Source: Fimicolochytrium jonesii
Taxonomy: Eukaryota
Reading direction: 5' to 3'
Length of the DNA stretch: 64,000 nucleotides
Assembly (NCBI RefSeq): GCF_025526975.1
Contig: NW_026515682.1
Span: 62,001-126,000, forward strand
Shown here: one piece after another, positions 1-12,189 of the stretch
Layout: each line of letters begins with the position of its first letter
Position numbering within the stretch: the stretch's first letter is position 1
Position numbers and translations under genes: made by a program
The notes under the pieces: model-generated
Database searches by the model: none
What the model saw: only the letters and a program-made list of their open reading frames with translations
What the model was told of the DNA's origin: nothing

Positions 1-1
1 A

Positions 2-1024
2 GAGAGGCTGCTTAGCGCTGAGCAGAAGTACGGCCAGACTGATGCCACCCTTGCTGAGTTGAAGGCTGCATATGGTTCACTTTCCGAGGAGAAGGCGGCG
101 CTTCTGTCAAAGGCGAAATCAGATCTATCGGTTTTGAACGCACAGCTCATAAAGTCGCGCAGAGCCGTCCAACAACTCACAGATGAAATGAGTGCGCTGC
201 GGGACGAACATATCGCCAAGCAGACGGATGCGGATAAGAGCCTTGCAGAGCTACGCGCCCAATCTTCGGAGCAGTCCCATAGCATGGCTAAGCTGACAAG
301 TGAGAACGACGCTTTGGAAGCCAAAGCATCCGCCCTGGAGGGCGAGTTGGAACGCCGAGCTAGCGCTGAGCAATATCGCGAACGCCAACTCTCCGAGTTG
401 ACTTCCGAGCTCAGCGGCCTGCGAACTGCGAAGCAAGATCTCATGAGGAAGATTCACGAATTGGAGGACCTTGCCGCAAAGCGTGAGCACCAAACCACGG
501 AGGCAAGAACCCGTATTGCGGACCTTGAGAAGCTCATGGACGAACTCGCTGCGCACAAGGAGATGAGCGAACGGGAAAGCGTTGCTCAAGCGGGCCAAAC
601 TAGCGGCTTGATCTCACATCTCAAAGATGAGATATTGCGCCTTCAATCTCAACTAGCTCAAGAAACCTCGACAATTGAAACACTGCAATCCGAACTCAGA
701 GAGATACGTGAAGCAGCTGAGGTGGCCGCCAACACCGCATCTACCGCTACGCAAGTCAGTCCATCTGAGGCATCCTACAACGAAGAAGAGTTCGCATCAT
801 TGATCCAACGCAATATGACTCTGTCAACGGAGCTAGCCGAAATGCAACGAGTTATCCAAGAGCTTAATCGACGGCTGCGAAGGGAATCGGACGAAAACCA
901 CGAGCTGCGGGAAAAATGCCAAACACTCGCATCGGAGAAAGAAATTGTAGTTGAGGCTCATGTCCCGCCATCGGCCGAACCTATGACGGCGCCACAGAGC
1001 CCTCAGAAAAGGTGGTGGGGTTGA
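2..1024 (+). CDS. 3' part of a long coiled-coil protein (5' end lies outside the window)
   Basis: Open frame from the window start to TGA at 1022-1024. Heptad-rich E/L/Q/K/A/S composition; ends PQKRWWG. Confidence 0.75.
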   Translation, partial: ERLLSAEQKYGQTDATLAELKAAYGSLSEEKAALLSKAKSDLSVLNAQLIKSRRAVQQLTDEMSALRDEHIAKQTDADKSLAELRAQSSEQSHSMAKLTSENDALEAKASALEGELERRASAEQYRERQLSELTSELSGLRTAKQDLMRKIHELEDLAAKREHQTTEARTRIADLEKLMDELAAHKEMSERESVAQAGQTSGLISHLKDEILRLQSQLAQETSTIETLQSELREIREAAEVAANTASTATQVSPSEASYNEEEFASLIQRNMTLSTELAEMQRVIQELNRRLRRESDENHELREKCQTLASEKEIVVEAHVPPSAEPMTAPQSPQKRWWG

Positions 1025-1680
1025 AAATCTGTAAACTTTCGCACGGAAGTACATTTTCGGAGCCGCCACGAGCTCACATTCCGCCGTTTGTTTTCACTAT
1101 CCAAAATGCAGCAACGGAACGCCGGAGCAGCATTGGGCGACGCCACCTCGTGCTCCCATCTCGACTTGCCCGATGGAAATCTACATGTAGGCGAGATAAT
1201 ACCTGCGCTTGCACGACGCAGGTTGCTCGATGCGAGCACCGTTGTGTAATTGATCCGCGGCGTATAATGGCTGCTGGTTGTGGTATATGTTTTTTGGCTT
1301 TACGTAGTTTGTGATGTTGTACATATCCCGTATGAAATAAGTTGTCCGTCGATGTTAGAAGGCAATGCAGATAGCTCTTCAAAAATGTTAAGACGGGAAT
1401 ACATTTAGAGAAGGCAGATGGGACGGGGCGATTTTATTTTGCAATGCTAAAGCCAGTAAAACAATACATAAGTATCTGAGTTCAGTATATGGGGGTGAGT
1501 CGCTGCTCCTACGGCCTAAGGCACTATGGAAGTCAGCAACACCACGTATTTGGACCAACAAGTGCTCTCCTCCATCCTGCGCCGAACATGTTGTTCCGAC
1601 ATAAACAAGTGCATCACGTTGAGCGCCCCAATCCTGCCACCCGTTTCGTAGACGCTCGTATGCATCAATACGCCCCCCTC

Positions 1681-3001
1681 TCAAAAGACTGGATGCTCCT
1701 CCGGCATCAAATCCGCCCAAGGATCCTCGGTGAACGTCTTCTTGTAGTAGCCCTCGAACCCATCCTCGGTCACCGTCAAGCCACGTTCACCCTCAAGAAC
1801 GGGCGCATTCTGAGAATCTTCGTCTAGATCCAGATCTCCGCCCTCAGCTGGATCATGAACATCCGTTTTGCGACGCTGCGGGAAAAGAAGTCAACATATG
1901 ATCCCACCCGGTCCGGTCAATCTCTGCACAGTATAGAAGGTCATGTACCTTATTTGCGACGTGGTCCCGTTCGCTCCGTCTTTTGTTTCCGCCGCGCCCA
2001 TGATCACCAAACCCTCCGCGCCTGTCCGACCAACCGTCCCCACGGCGATCGTCAAACGGCCCGTCCCTATACCCGCCGCGTCTTCCGCCTGATGGACCTC
2101 TGTAGTCTCTGTCATCATATCGATCCATATAGCCCTCACGGCCACCTCGAAACCCTCCCCTGCCACCCCGAGGGCCATCATAGTAGCCGCCGCCACCGCC
2201 GTATCGGTCTCTGTCATCTCGGTAATTCGGCCCGCCCATGTCTCGACCACCTCGATAGTCTCGGTCTCGGTCTCGGCGATGATCATCTCTTGGAGGACCA
2301 TATAAGCCGTTCATGTCTCCTGCTCTAGGCGCGCCAAAGGGCGGGCGGTCTGGGCCCATGAAACGATCCTCCCTTCGATTCATGCCCCCCCTTCCACCAC
2401 CACCGCGACCCCTACCTCCTCGATAATCACCATTTCCGTAGTCGTTTCTATGATTCGTTCCACCGCTTGGAGGTTGTTGGCCGAAAGTCGAAGAGTTTGC
2501 TGGAGGCGCCGCCGGCAAGGAAGTTTGTGGATTGTGCTGTTGAGGTGGAACTTGAGGATAATATTGAGGATTAGCTGAGTAAGGCTGAGCTCCGGCAGGC
2601 TGTTGAGGTGACTGTTGATAACCCGCCCCCGCATATGAGGAAGGATATGCGGACGGGGCAGCGGGATTGTAAGGCTGAGCCACTCCGTATTGATTCCCGT
2701 ACGCTGGTGCCGGTGCCGCTGGCGTTGGGTATCCGGCTCCGGGCTGGTAAGAATACGTCGGAGTCCCAGCTACTTGCGTTGCCTGATACTGAGTTCCGTC
2801 CGCAGCCGGCCACTGTCCTTGGGGGTATCCTGCGTACTGTTGCTGAGGGGCTTGATAGTACTGTTGAGCTGCGGCATCCGGTTGCGCTGGTGCGCCGTAC
2901 GTCGAAGCCTGCACTGCAGCCTGTACAGCCGCCTGACCATAGTTATATGAGTGTGCAGCCTGTTGCTGTTGTGAGGTCGGTGCTTGGCCGTAGTAGCTCA
3001 T
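1681..3001 (-). CDS. Low-complexity QYGPA/RGG-rich protein with a C-terminal MPLKIP/TTDN1/SICKLE-like motif (exons 3001-1949 and 1875-1681)
   Basis: ATG at 3001 (MSYYGQAP). Prion-like N-terminus followed by RGG/DR repeats. A GT-AG intron at 1948-1876 joins VANK|RRKTD in phase. The last exon ends EGYYKKTFTEDPWADLMPEEHPVF*, resembling MPLKIP YFKPSMLEDPWAGL. Confidence 0.75.
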
Positions 3002-5659
3002 TCTGGCTGGCAAGATCTCGTGGGGCGTGGGTCTGGCGTGGGTTCGTTGGGGAAAAGAGCGTAAAAGGTCTTTCTCTCCGAGTCAGGGTCTATGATTTAA
3101 ATTCCCTCGTTACGTGATGCCCGTGATTTTAAACTCAGACCCGCGCTTTCGTTCTTGGCTGGGACATGCAATGGGCAAGCTAGGTGTGCATCGGCACTCC
3201 GCATTTTCTCTTCCTGTTGCTCCCGAAGTAGACTCTACATCTGGGCCGCATTCTGGATAAATGTAACCGTTCCCTTCTTCCATTACCGCGAAGGTAGAAA
3301 TCTCATCGCGGTTACATGGATAAAACCTTCATGAGCCTGTTTGCGCTAGGGGCCAAAGTGATCCGTTCTTGCTTGATATAGTCAGGCTTACCTCAGCCCG
3401 GAATTCCAAAAACCTTCTAAGAGAATCCTCTTGCGAAGGTCCTCCCTTGCAGGCGCGCTCGAGACGATGTTCAACTTCCCAAGGGAGGACAAAGTGAAGA
3501 CATGGGGAACTCGTCCATAGTCCAATGGGAAGGATTTGATTTTGGAATTTATAGACAAGCCCACTTGGTGGAAAGAAAGGTCATCAGCAAGACATGCACA
3601 GGATGATTCAATGAAAGGACACAACGCCGCATCCCATTGCCCGAGAGTGTCTTGCCGATGACGGTAATGACAGCATTTGAGACCTGTCAATTTGACCTGT
3701 CATTCGCATGGCGTTATTCTTCCCCCTTCGCTTTCAGAGACGTAGCTTGTTTTCAGCGAAAAGTGGTGGAGCGACGGAGGGAGTGGGCTTTTGCGCAAAA
3801 TCGTTCCTTTTCCTTTCGTCATATGACCTCCGTCGCTCGAGCAGGACATCGCTTGTCATGGGTATACGTTGATGTTACGTGACCCCATGATAGCTTAGTG
3901 CGGTCGTTATGATTTGACAGGCCAACCGGTCCTGTTTTTCTCTCAATTTGTGTGGAGGGACTGTCGGAAAGGAGACTGAAACCAAGCTGCATAAATACCA
4001 TGCCCTCCTTGCCTCTTCCCTCTCCTGTCCGTCAAGCCTCTTTCCGTTAACGAACGGGCCCTTAATTTCGTACTCTCCAGCAATTGCGGTTGATGGTTTG
4101 TGTTACAGCTCTCATAGGCCTTCTGTGGAAGAAGTGCGCATTTGCCTGGCTCCAGCCGATTCCGAAACCCCACCATGCGGACGTTGCGCCCTGTGCCGCG
4201 AAGAAGTCATAACGGCCTAGTCGTACGCCTTGTGCCTTGAAGTTTCATCAAATTGAAATAATGGGCATCCATCCAGATGCTACGTTTCACGACCTCGAGG
4301 TATGTACATGTCACTTCTTTGGAACGCACTCATTGGGCTACACTAATTTGGCCCGCCTTAATCATATCGTGTTCTTAAAGGCTCGATTGGCTGTCCGCTA
4401 TGGTACCACCCTCGGGGACTTGGACTGCACGGCCATCGATTCCGGCACAGCTCACATCAACCCATCGACAGAGAAAGCCGTCAAAACAATATACTTGGAT
4501 TAGCATGAGTTTATCATCGAAGGCACGTTACTAGATGCCTAGTGGGGTGAGCTTGCTTGAATTCTCACCTCTTACTTCCTGTGTATTTACCAGGATTCTC
4601 GGGAGCGCCGGGTCTCATCGTTTTCTCGCCTTCTTGGCCTGCTGGCGAGTCAACCACGCAGCAATCCCAAGCTTGAAGCCATCAGCACACTGCAGCTCTA
4701 GTAAGTACCAATTGTGCTAAGCTTACTATTTGCTGTGGACAACCAATCTCACAATTCTTTCTGTTCTCTTTCGGGAGTCCAGCGGCCACTGGTCTGAAGA
4801 GGTTAGGGGTTCTCCCTGTCGCACGTTGCTGACTGCTTCGGCGGGGACATCGACGCCATGGTGGATTGTCTCATGGATCAGGATCACGCCCTGAAGGTTG
4901 GGCGCTTGACCCTGAAAGCGTGTGCACCTCCCGGGGCACACTCCTTTCCGTTGGCCACAACTGTAGAAGGTGCTGTCAAGATAGCAAGTGCGTTCAGCAT
5001 GCGCAAAAAAGATGGATGTATGGCTTGATCGAGGCTTCTTACCCGGCATGTAGCTGACTTGCCTTCATCCTAGAAATAACTGAGAAGCCCATGGAGGTGG
5101 AAGACGATCCAATTCGCAGTTCAATTTCAACACTGTTGGGAAAGTTGGACGGAGGGAGACGTCTGATACCGTTGTTTACTATTCATTTCCCGGCGCGACG
5201 CACAAACCTTTCCCTTCATTCACCTTCATATATTGCCCAACCTGTAGAGGTAGCACTGATCTTTTTGAAGCCTTTCTCTCCCCCATTTTGTACATAATTG
5301 TGGGCGCTGTGCGTTAAAACGAGATTCAAACGGATGTGATCGTCTCGACCGCAGCACCATTGTTCCATTTGCCTACAGTCGCGTAACCGCAGACACGCTC
5401 TGCATTCGAAAGAGGGAATCCAGCGCCTAATATGAAGCATCGCTCAGTGCTTGCATATTCGCGCAAATAACTTTCTCAACCGCTGCTATGGCGCTTGCAT
5501 TGAAGTTGGAGGTGGGCGGCTGTAGAGACTAGGGCATGATCGTCTGGCGGCGGCTGCGTCCGTGACTATCGCCTAATCTATCTCTTTGTTCGCGTGATTG
5601 TGGAAGCGGTCGACGTTCTGGTGATGGTGGGGTACCAAGTGATCGCTCGGAACGCCCCG

Positions 5660-5810
5660 GAGAGGTGGTACAGTCACAGAATGAAGAGAAAAATGTTTGG
5701 GGAAGGTAGGAATCGAACCCACGCCACCTGGGTGAGAGCCAGGTGTCTTAACCACTAAGCCAAAATGTGTGTGTTCCCGTGACACCTCCCCTTGACTGTA
5801 CCAGCCTCTC
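5660..5810. repeat. Imperfect 17-bp inverted repeat enclosing a tRNA-like sequence
   Basis: GAGAGGTGGTACAGTCA (5660-5676) versus TGACTGTACCAGCCTCTC (5793-5810), the reverse complement with one inserted base. Confidence 0.7.
5698..5769 (-). pseudogene. tRNA-Glu(CTC)-like sequence with an unpaired acceptor stem (pseudo-tRNA or tRNA-derived element head)
   Basis: Minus strand reads TGGCTTAGTGG (A box), CCTGG-CT-CTC-AC-CCAGG (anticodon arm), GTGGG-TTCGATT-CCTAC (T arm and B box), then a T5 run. The 5' strand CACATTT does not pair with the 3' strand CTTCCCC. Confidence 0.7.
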
Positions 5811-6491
5811 GGATATATGTACCAGTGTATCGGTATTATGGACCAGTGGGTTGGTCTTATTTTAGTTGGAATACCAGCCCGGGTCTCTGGTCCGCTGTGG
5901 GGTACCTAGGACCGGGTCTTTGGTATTGCAGTATATATATGGTCCCGAGAAGGACTTGTGGTGCTACCATGTCAATGGAATCGGTCCTGACACTGGCGGA
6001 GACAAACTCTGCGCTAGTTCTAGCCTCGAGAAGCTAGGACTCGTTGATAAGACGTGAACTTGGGAAGATTGAACCAGCGTCGATGTGCAGCAGATGGATT
6101 CTTCTCGCACAAGGAAGGCCGGCCGCATGCGATGATGGAAGTGCGAACCTTCATTGAGAACACTGTACTGCCGTGGTTCAGGTGGCCGGCCCTTGAAATT
6201 TGAGAGTTGGCGAAGGTCCGAAGGAACGATGTCGCAAAACGAGTGAGCTCACGCGTCTGCTATATGTACAAGTCTCGGGTAGGTCCGGGTGAGTCACTCA
6301 TTGCCTTCTTGTGGGAGTTTCTCCCAGCGCCTCATCCATTTTTGTTCACACGTTCTCTACGTCCATCCGGCCCCAGCAGATATCTTATATACGTAGACGA
6401 GACTCATCCCTCATCGTCGGTGTCTTCTGCATAGTGCTGTGAACGAATTTAGGTCTTCTTTTTCTCTTCACTTGCGAAAAGACAAGTCACC

Positions 6492-8953
6492 ATGATTGCC
6501 ACCCCTTTGATCTCGAGGTGCTGGGCCGCCCCTTCTGCGCGGTCGGCGAGACTTGGTCTGCTCAGCAAGGCGCCGCTGAGCTCCGCTCTGGGACGCACTC
6601 AAGCCCTTCGTGCTCTGGCTACGGCTACATCAGGTGAGTAGCGACAAGTCGGCCACCATCTTTCGAACGAACGCGTCGGGTGAGCGCTGACCGCAATGGG
6701 TCATCAGATATCCAAAGTTCTCTCAAGAATGTGGGAATCAAGCCGAAAGTCATCAAGCGCAACCCATCTGTGGAAGTTGCTTACAAGGATGCCGTTGAGA
6801 GGGAGCCTGGAACGCACGTCACTTCGTCTGGCGCTCTTGCTGCTCTTTCCGGAGCTAAGACTGGAAGAAGTCCCACAGACAAACGTGTCGTCGACGAACC
6901 TAACCACTCCAAGAATGTCTGGTGGGGTCCTGTGAATGTCAAGCTTCCCAAGGAAAGCTTCTTTGCCAACAGGAAGAAGGCCATCGACTTCCTTAACTCT
7001 AAGGACCAGCTTTGTAAGTGGATTGGGACGTCGGTTACGTACGGTACGTCGTACTGAAGCCAGTTATTCCATGATAGATGTGGTCGATGGATTTGCCGGT
7101 TGGGATCCCAAGTATCGTCTGAAGATCCGTATCATCTGCTCCCGCGCTTATCACGGTAAGTCACAAAAGATGTCTTCCGTGAAATTAGACATTGGGAGGG
7201 CGCTGACTCTTGATCTCTAGCATTGTTTATGCATAACATGTTAATCCGTCCGACCGCCGAGGAACTAGCCAGCTTTGGCGAGCCTGACTTCACAATCTTC
7301 AATGCTGGCGCTATTCCGGCGGACACCAGCGTTAAAGGCGTGAGCTCGAAGACCTCCGTCGCCCTCAGCTTCGACGAGAAGGAGATGGTCATCCTCGGCA
7401 CCGAATACGCTGGTGAAATGAAGAAGGGGTAGGTGAACGATTCTTATAATTCCCGCAAACTGAACTGCTCAGCTAATCCTTGTTGTATCTCGCAGAGTTT
7501 TCACCATTCTGCACTACCTTATGCCGAAGAGGAATGTTCTTTCTCTCCACACATCCGCAAATGAGGGCATGAACTCCGAGAAGGGTTAGTATATATGGCA
7601 CTTGGTCGATCTAGAGGTGCTGGAAGAATTGCTCAACCTGAAGTTTGAGTAGATGTCACCTTCTTCTTCGGTCTCAGTGGAACCGGAAAGACTACTCTTT
7701 CTGCGGATCCTCGCCGTGCTCTGATCGGAGATGACGAGCACTGTTGGTCTGACAAGGTAATGGTTCTGCCTTGCATACATCCGGAGACTAGGGTCGATTC
7801 CAACCTCCACAATCATGTAGGGCGTGTTCAACATCGAAGGAGGTTGCTATGCCAAGGCCATCGACCTCTCAGCAGAGAAGGAACCGGAGATCTTTGCTGC
7901 GATCCGGAAAGGAAGTATTCTCGAGAACATCATCATGGATCCCAAAACCAAAGTTGTCGACTTCACCAAGAAGGACATCACTGAAAACACGAGGGCATGT
8001 TACCCAATCGACTTCATGTGGGTTATGAATTTGAGTTGAAACGCGTCTCTCCGCACAGGCCTGACCTATCTTTCCATCCAGCCCGAACGCCAAGATTCCT
8101 TGCGTTGGAGGACATCCTAAGAACATCGGTACGTTATTTGGCTTCTTGGGCTCAGAGTTTATCTTTTGCCTTGTGCTGAATGATTGCGTATTGTTTTTCC
8201 CGCTCCTTGACTTCATCGTCCACCACCCATCACACCATCCCATGCACAATAGTCTTCCTGACAGCCGATGCCTTTGGAGTGCTCCCACCTGTTTCTAAGC
8301 TCACCACCGAGCAGGCCATGTACCACTTTATCTCTGGATACACCGCGAAGATTGCCGGAACTGAGGTTGGCGTGACTGAACCTCAAGCCACTTTCTCAGC
8401 TTGCTTTGGACAACGTAGGAGCGGTCGCGATTTCGGTGGAAGGGTGTGCGTTTGAGCTGACATGTATGAACCCGATATCACAGCTTTCCTCGTCTGGCAC
8501 CCTAAGCTCTATGCTGACATGCTTGCGGAGAAGCTGAAACGTAAGGACCTTGGGATACCTTGTGTCTGGAGGAGCGTGGCGTATTCTGACATCTTTCGAT
8601 ACACAGAGCACAACACCAACGTGTGGTTGGTCAACACCGGATGGACCGGCGGCAAATACGGAACCGGAAAGCGTATCTCTCTGAAGAACTCCCGCGCCAT
8701 CATCGACGCCATCCACTCTGGAGAGCTTTCCTCCAAGCTCAAGTCCTCTTCAAGCACCTACCCGGTGTTCAACTTGATCATTCCCACCGAAGTCTCCGGT
8801 GTCGACGCCAAGATTCTGAATCCAGAAAACGCGTGGCAAGACAAGTCTGCTTTCAAGAAGCAGGTTGAGATTCTTGCTGGCTTGTTCAAGGAGAACTTCA
8901 ACAAGTTTGGGGACGATGTGAACAGCTTGAAAAAGGCTGGACCGGTTTTGTAG
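6492..8953 (+). CDS. PCK1: Phosphoenolpyruvate carboxykinase (ATP), multi-exon
   Basis: Motifs [69 protein letters not shown] and WLVNTGW across GT-AG-separated exons. Confidence 0.96.
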
Positions 8954-9316
8954 ATAGCTTCTTTCTTAGTGAGACAGATTGAATGCATTTTTCAGACCCA
9001 AATGACATCTGTCAGAGGGAACTTCGGGATCGGACTCCACATGAACGCCGTGACGTTTCAATTCTGCTACGGTGGTACTCAACTTAAGGCTTCACCGGTA
9101 GGGTCCGCGCATCCTGTAGGCGGCCTTGGAAGATCACAGCTTGCGGTGTTTCCGATACTGAGTGTAGCATCCCTGAGTCGAACATGCCAGAAAACTCGAA
9201 GCACCACGATTGTGTATCACAGCCTTCCCTCACATGTGTGTAATTATTTACAATGTGGCCGCTCCATCTATGTACACCGCTTTCACCAGATACGCCCAGC
9301 ACTTCAGATTACGCCA

Positions 9317-10887
9317 TCAGTTTTTCTTCTCGTTCCACGCCGCATCGACATCACACACAGCAACGCGGACATGCGCCGTATCGGGAGGAATCATATCGTA
9401 GGATCCCCCCGCACTCCTAATCAACGTTTTCAAATCTTGGTAGTCCCCCTCTACAAATGGCGCCCCCCACGTCCCCGGGTCAAGCGTGCAGGGGCGCAGC
9501 ATGATCTTCATCAACTCTTCGCGTGTGTCGGTACAGAACTCTTCAATATTCAAGTCGTTTTCGTCGTACCCGAACTGCCAAACAGAGCGATGAGAAATAT
9601 AAGTACCTATGTCCCCTCCGCCCTTGTTTGAGCTAGCCATCACATACCGGATTTTCAATCTCCCCGCCGATCGCTTCAATGCCCAGCATCGTGAAAGCGG
9701 CAATCAGGCACACAGGAATGGTTCCCCACGAGAGAGAACCCAATAATTGGAAGGGTAAGCTGAGGATGTACAACGTCAGGGTTTGTTGCAGATGAACCGA
9801 GTACACGATGGGAATTGGTGTGTTGCGGATCCTTTCGAAGGAGGTAAGGCAGTCGACCATGCTGGAGATGGCGTTGATCATCGCGGTCTGTTGCGGTACA
9901 TCAATCATCTCTGGAGGGCAAGAACATTGTTAATAGAGGAAGTCGTGGCTTCTGGATGTCCAGAGACGAACTTCGAGCGCCGTACCTTTTTTCCGGCAGC
10001 TCGCTATATAACTACTAATGTGGAAGCTGATCTCCAAGGGCAGGTTTTTGATATTATCTTCCTGCCCAGGTTGAAACTCCGGAAGATGGCAAATCAGGTG
10101 GTGAAGGTCTGCGTATTTCGGGCCAAGCTCGCTTCGCAAGTAATGCTTTGTGGATACGGCATATGCGAGCAGGAGGTTCATGCAGCCCTTCTTCTCCAGG
10201 ACGGCTTTCAGGTCGTCTGTTTTGACGCCGATCCAGATGAAACGAGCCAAGATACGGATCTGGGTAATCAGCGTTCCCCAGACTTTTCGGCCTTCCCAGT
10301 ATCTTGTAGTAAGTGTTAGTATGATGAATGCATCAAGAATCATTGGGAACAAGGGGCTCGAGACTTTACCTGTCATAAGCGGTGTTTGTCCTAAAAACCA
10401 GGAGAAGGGAAATGACCACGCCGAGGATGGTGATGAGCTGTGGCGGTAGAGCCAGTTGCTTGTATCCCACCACCATGTACAGAATGGTCCAATGCGTTGC
10501 CCACAACGTATGGAGCAAAGACGGCAGCAGGACTCTCGGAATGACGGACGCTTTCACTCGCAGAATCTCCGTGTACGAGTTTTGCGATTCGTTGGCGATA
10601 CCGTTGCGATACTTTCGTTTCCGAATGATAAGCTCCGCTCGAGAGAGCTCCTCCGATTTTCGGGGCCTTCGCGCACTGCTTGGATGGCGAGACATGACGG
10701 AAGATGCCCGCAAACCTCCGATACTCGAATCCCCTGGTTCTTGGATACGAATGGAAGGCGATGCTGGTTTTGCAAACACAGGCAGGTTCTGCGTTGTTGG
10801 CACTCCCAACTCGGGCCGCTCTGCGGCAGCTGCGAATGGGGCTCGGGCCGACATGAACCCTGTGGGGCCTGAGGTCGCCGTAGTCAT
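9317..10887 (-). CDS. Bestrophin / UPF0187 (YneE-like) anion channel, multi-exon
   Basis: LLVFRTNTAYDR|YWEGRKVW, ERIRNTPIP..YSVHL and GIEAIGGEIENP|FGYDENDL motifs. Confidence 0.92.
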
Positions 10888-11003
10888 TGTCGGTGTACTG
10901 ATGGATATGGATATCGTTCGAGGCTAATCACCAGCGAAGGCTCTGACGACTTGAGATTGCGGAGTGCAAAGGCTGCTTTCTGACCCATGTCTCCACGTCC
11001 TCG

Positions 11004-11033
11004 TGGGAAACCCCTGGGAAACCCCTGGGAAAC
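11004..11033. repeat. Short tandem repeat (TGGGAAACCCC)x2.7 upstream of the bestrophin gene
   Basis: TGGGAAACCCC TGGGAAACCCC TGGGAAAC read directly, about 120 bp upstream of the ATG. Confidence 0.8.
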
Positions 11034-12189
11034 GGATGGCGCGCGCGTTTCAGAATGTTCGCCGTTTACCGAAGGCTCGGCGACGTGACGCACGCGATAG
11101 ATTCACCAGATGATGGCGCAGACACTAGGGATGTCTATATAAGATCAAAGCTTTCCTTTTCGGCGACTTCGAATGATATTTGTTCGCAATCGGCCTCCCG
11201 CTTGAATCGTTCCCCGAGTCCAGCGAAACCGAAGCGGCAACGGAAAGGAAAGCGGCGGAGGTTAGAGAAGGACGCCCGAAGGTCACCGCTTGTGGCCGAT
11301 CGTCAGATAAATATCGTCGCTAACTCCTTGTCACCCACGCGTGCGGTTCTCAACCACCAACAGGTTGAGCAATATATGAGGGATGTGATCTCTTGTATTC
11401 CTGTGCGATGGTAATACATCTGCAGCCTGACGACCTTCACTGATGGACAAGTCGGGTCGTGATGCAGTGCGCGGCAAGTAAGTCGTCTTCCGTCAACTGT
11501 GGATCCAGACACCCCGTATTAAAACGGGCGGGATCATATAGGCGGGCGACAATCAGGTGCGTTAATCCTCCGTATGCTAGGGTTGCTCCGTCCTTGCACA
11601 CCTGTCGTTGAAATGCTGGCAGGAGGCTATGTTGGAACATGGCATCCATTTGATTGAGGATCTTTATTCCGAGCGTCCGATCTGCTTTTGCCGGGAGAGC
11701 CTAATCGCGCTGCCAATACTGGCGAACGCCGCACTCAAAACTATGGCGACGAAGATCTCTTGCGCTTCAGCAATCAAATTCTGACATCAAAGTGGAAACA
11801 TGCGTGACGAACATCTCATGCAAACCTGGTTGTTGATTCACTAGCGTCTCTTGTAGATGAGGCGTATGAGTGAGTCTTCAACGTGGTTAGGCCGATGCAG
11901 GGCTAGGAGTGGTCAATGCATACTCATTAAAGGACAGTTGACAATGGATAGAAGAAAGGCCTCAGCTCAGACGACCTGCTCCTCGGAGGGGTCATATGTA
12001 AATAGGGTGCTGGGTGCCGGACGAAGTTGCCATGGATGGTGTTTGTGTGATACGATGGCGATCGAAGGAAAGCAGGCCGAGAATCGTGCTTGGGGGTGTG
12101 CGATCCAGTGAACGGAGAAGTAATTCTCAGCGCCGCCGCCCGCCACGCACTTTTCACCTTCCAATACATTCGGAATTGACGGTGTCTTT

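Noticed and set aside
3100..5600. Short ORFs in the long intergenic region before PCK1
   Set aside because: No consistent splice model or recognisable domain. It could hide a decayed element, but I cannot support one.
5698..5769. Functional tRNA repaired by 5' editing, as in chytrid mitochondria
   Set aside because: That editing fixes positions 1-3 of mitochondrial tRNAs. Here all seven acceptor pairs mismatch and the locus is nuclear.
8969..9631. 220-aa plus-strand ORF
   Set aside because: Antisense shadow of the bestrophin last exon and UTRs; no recognisable motifs.
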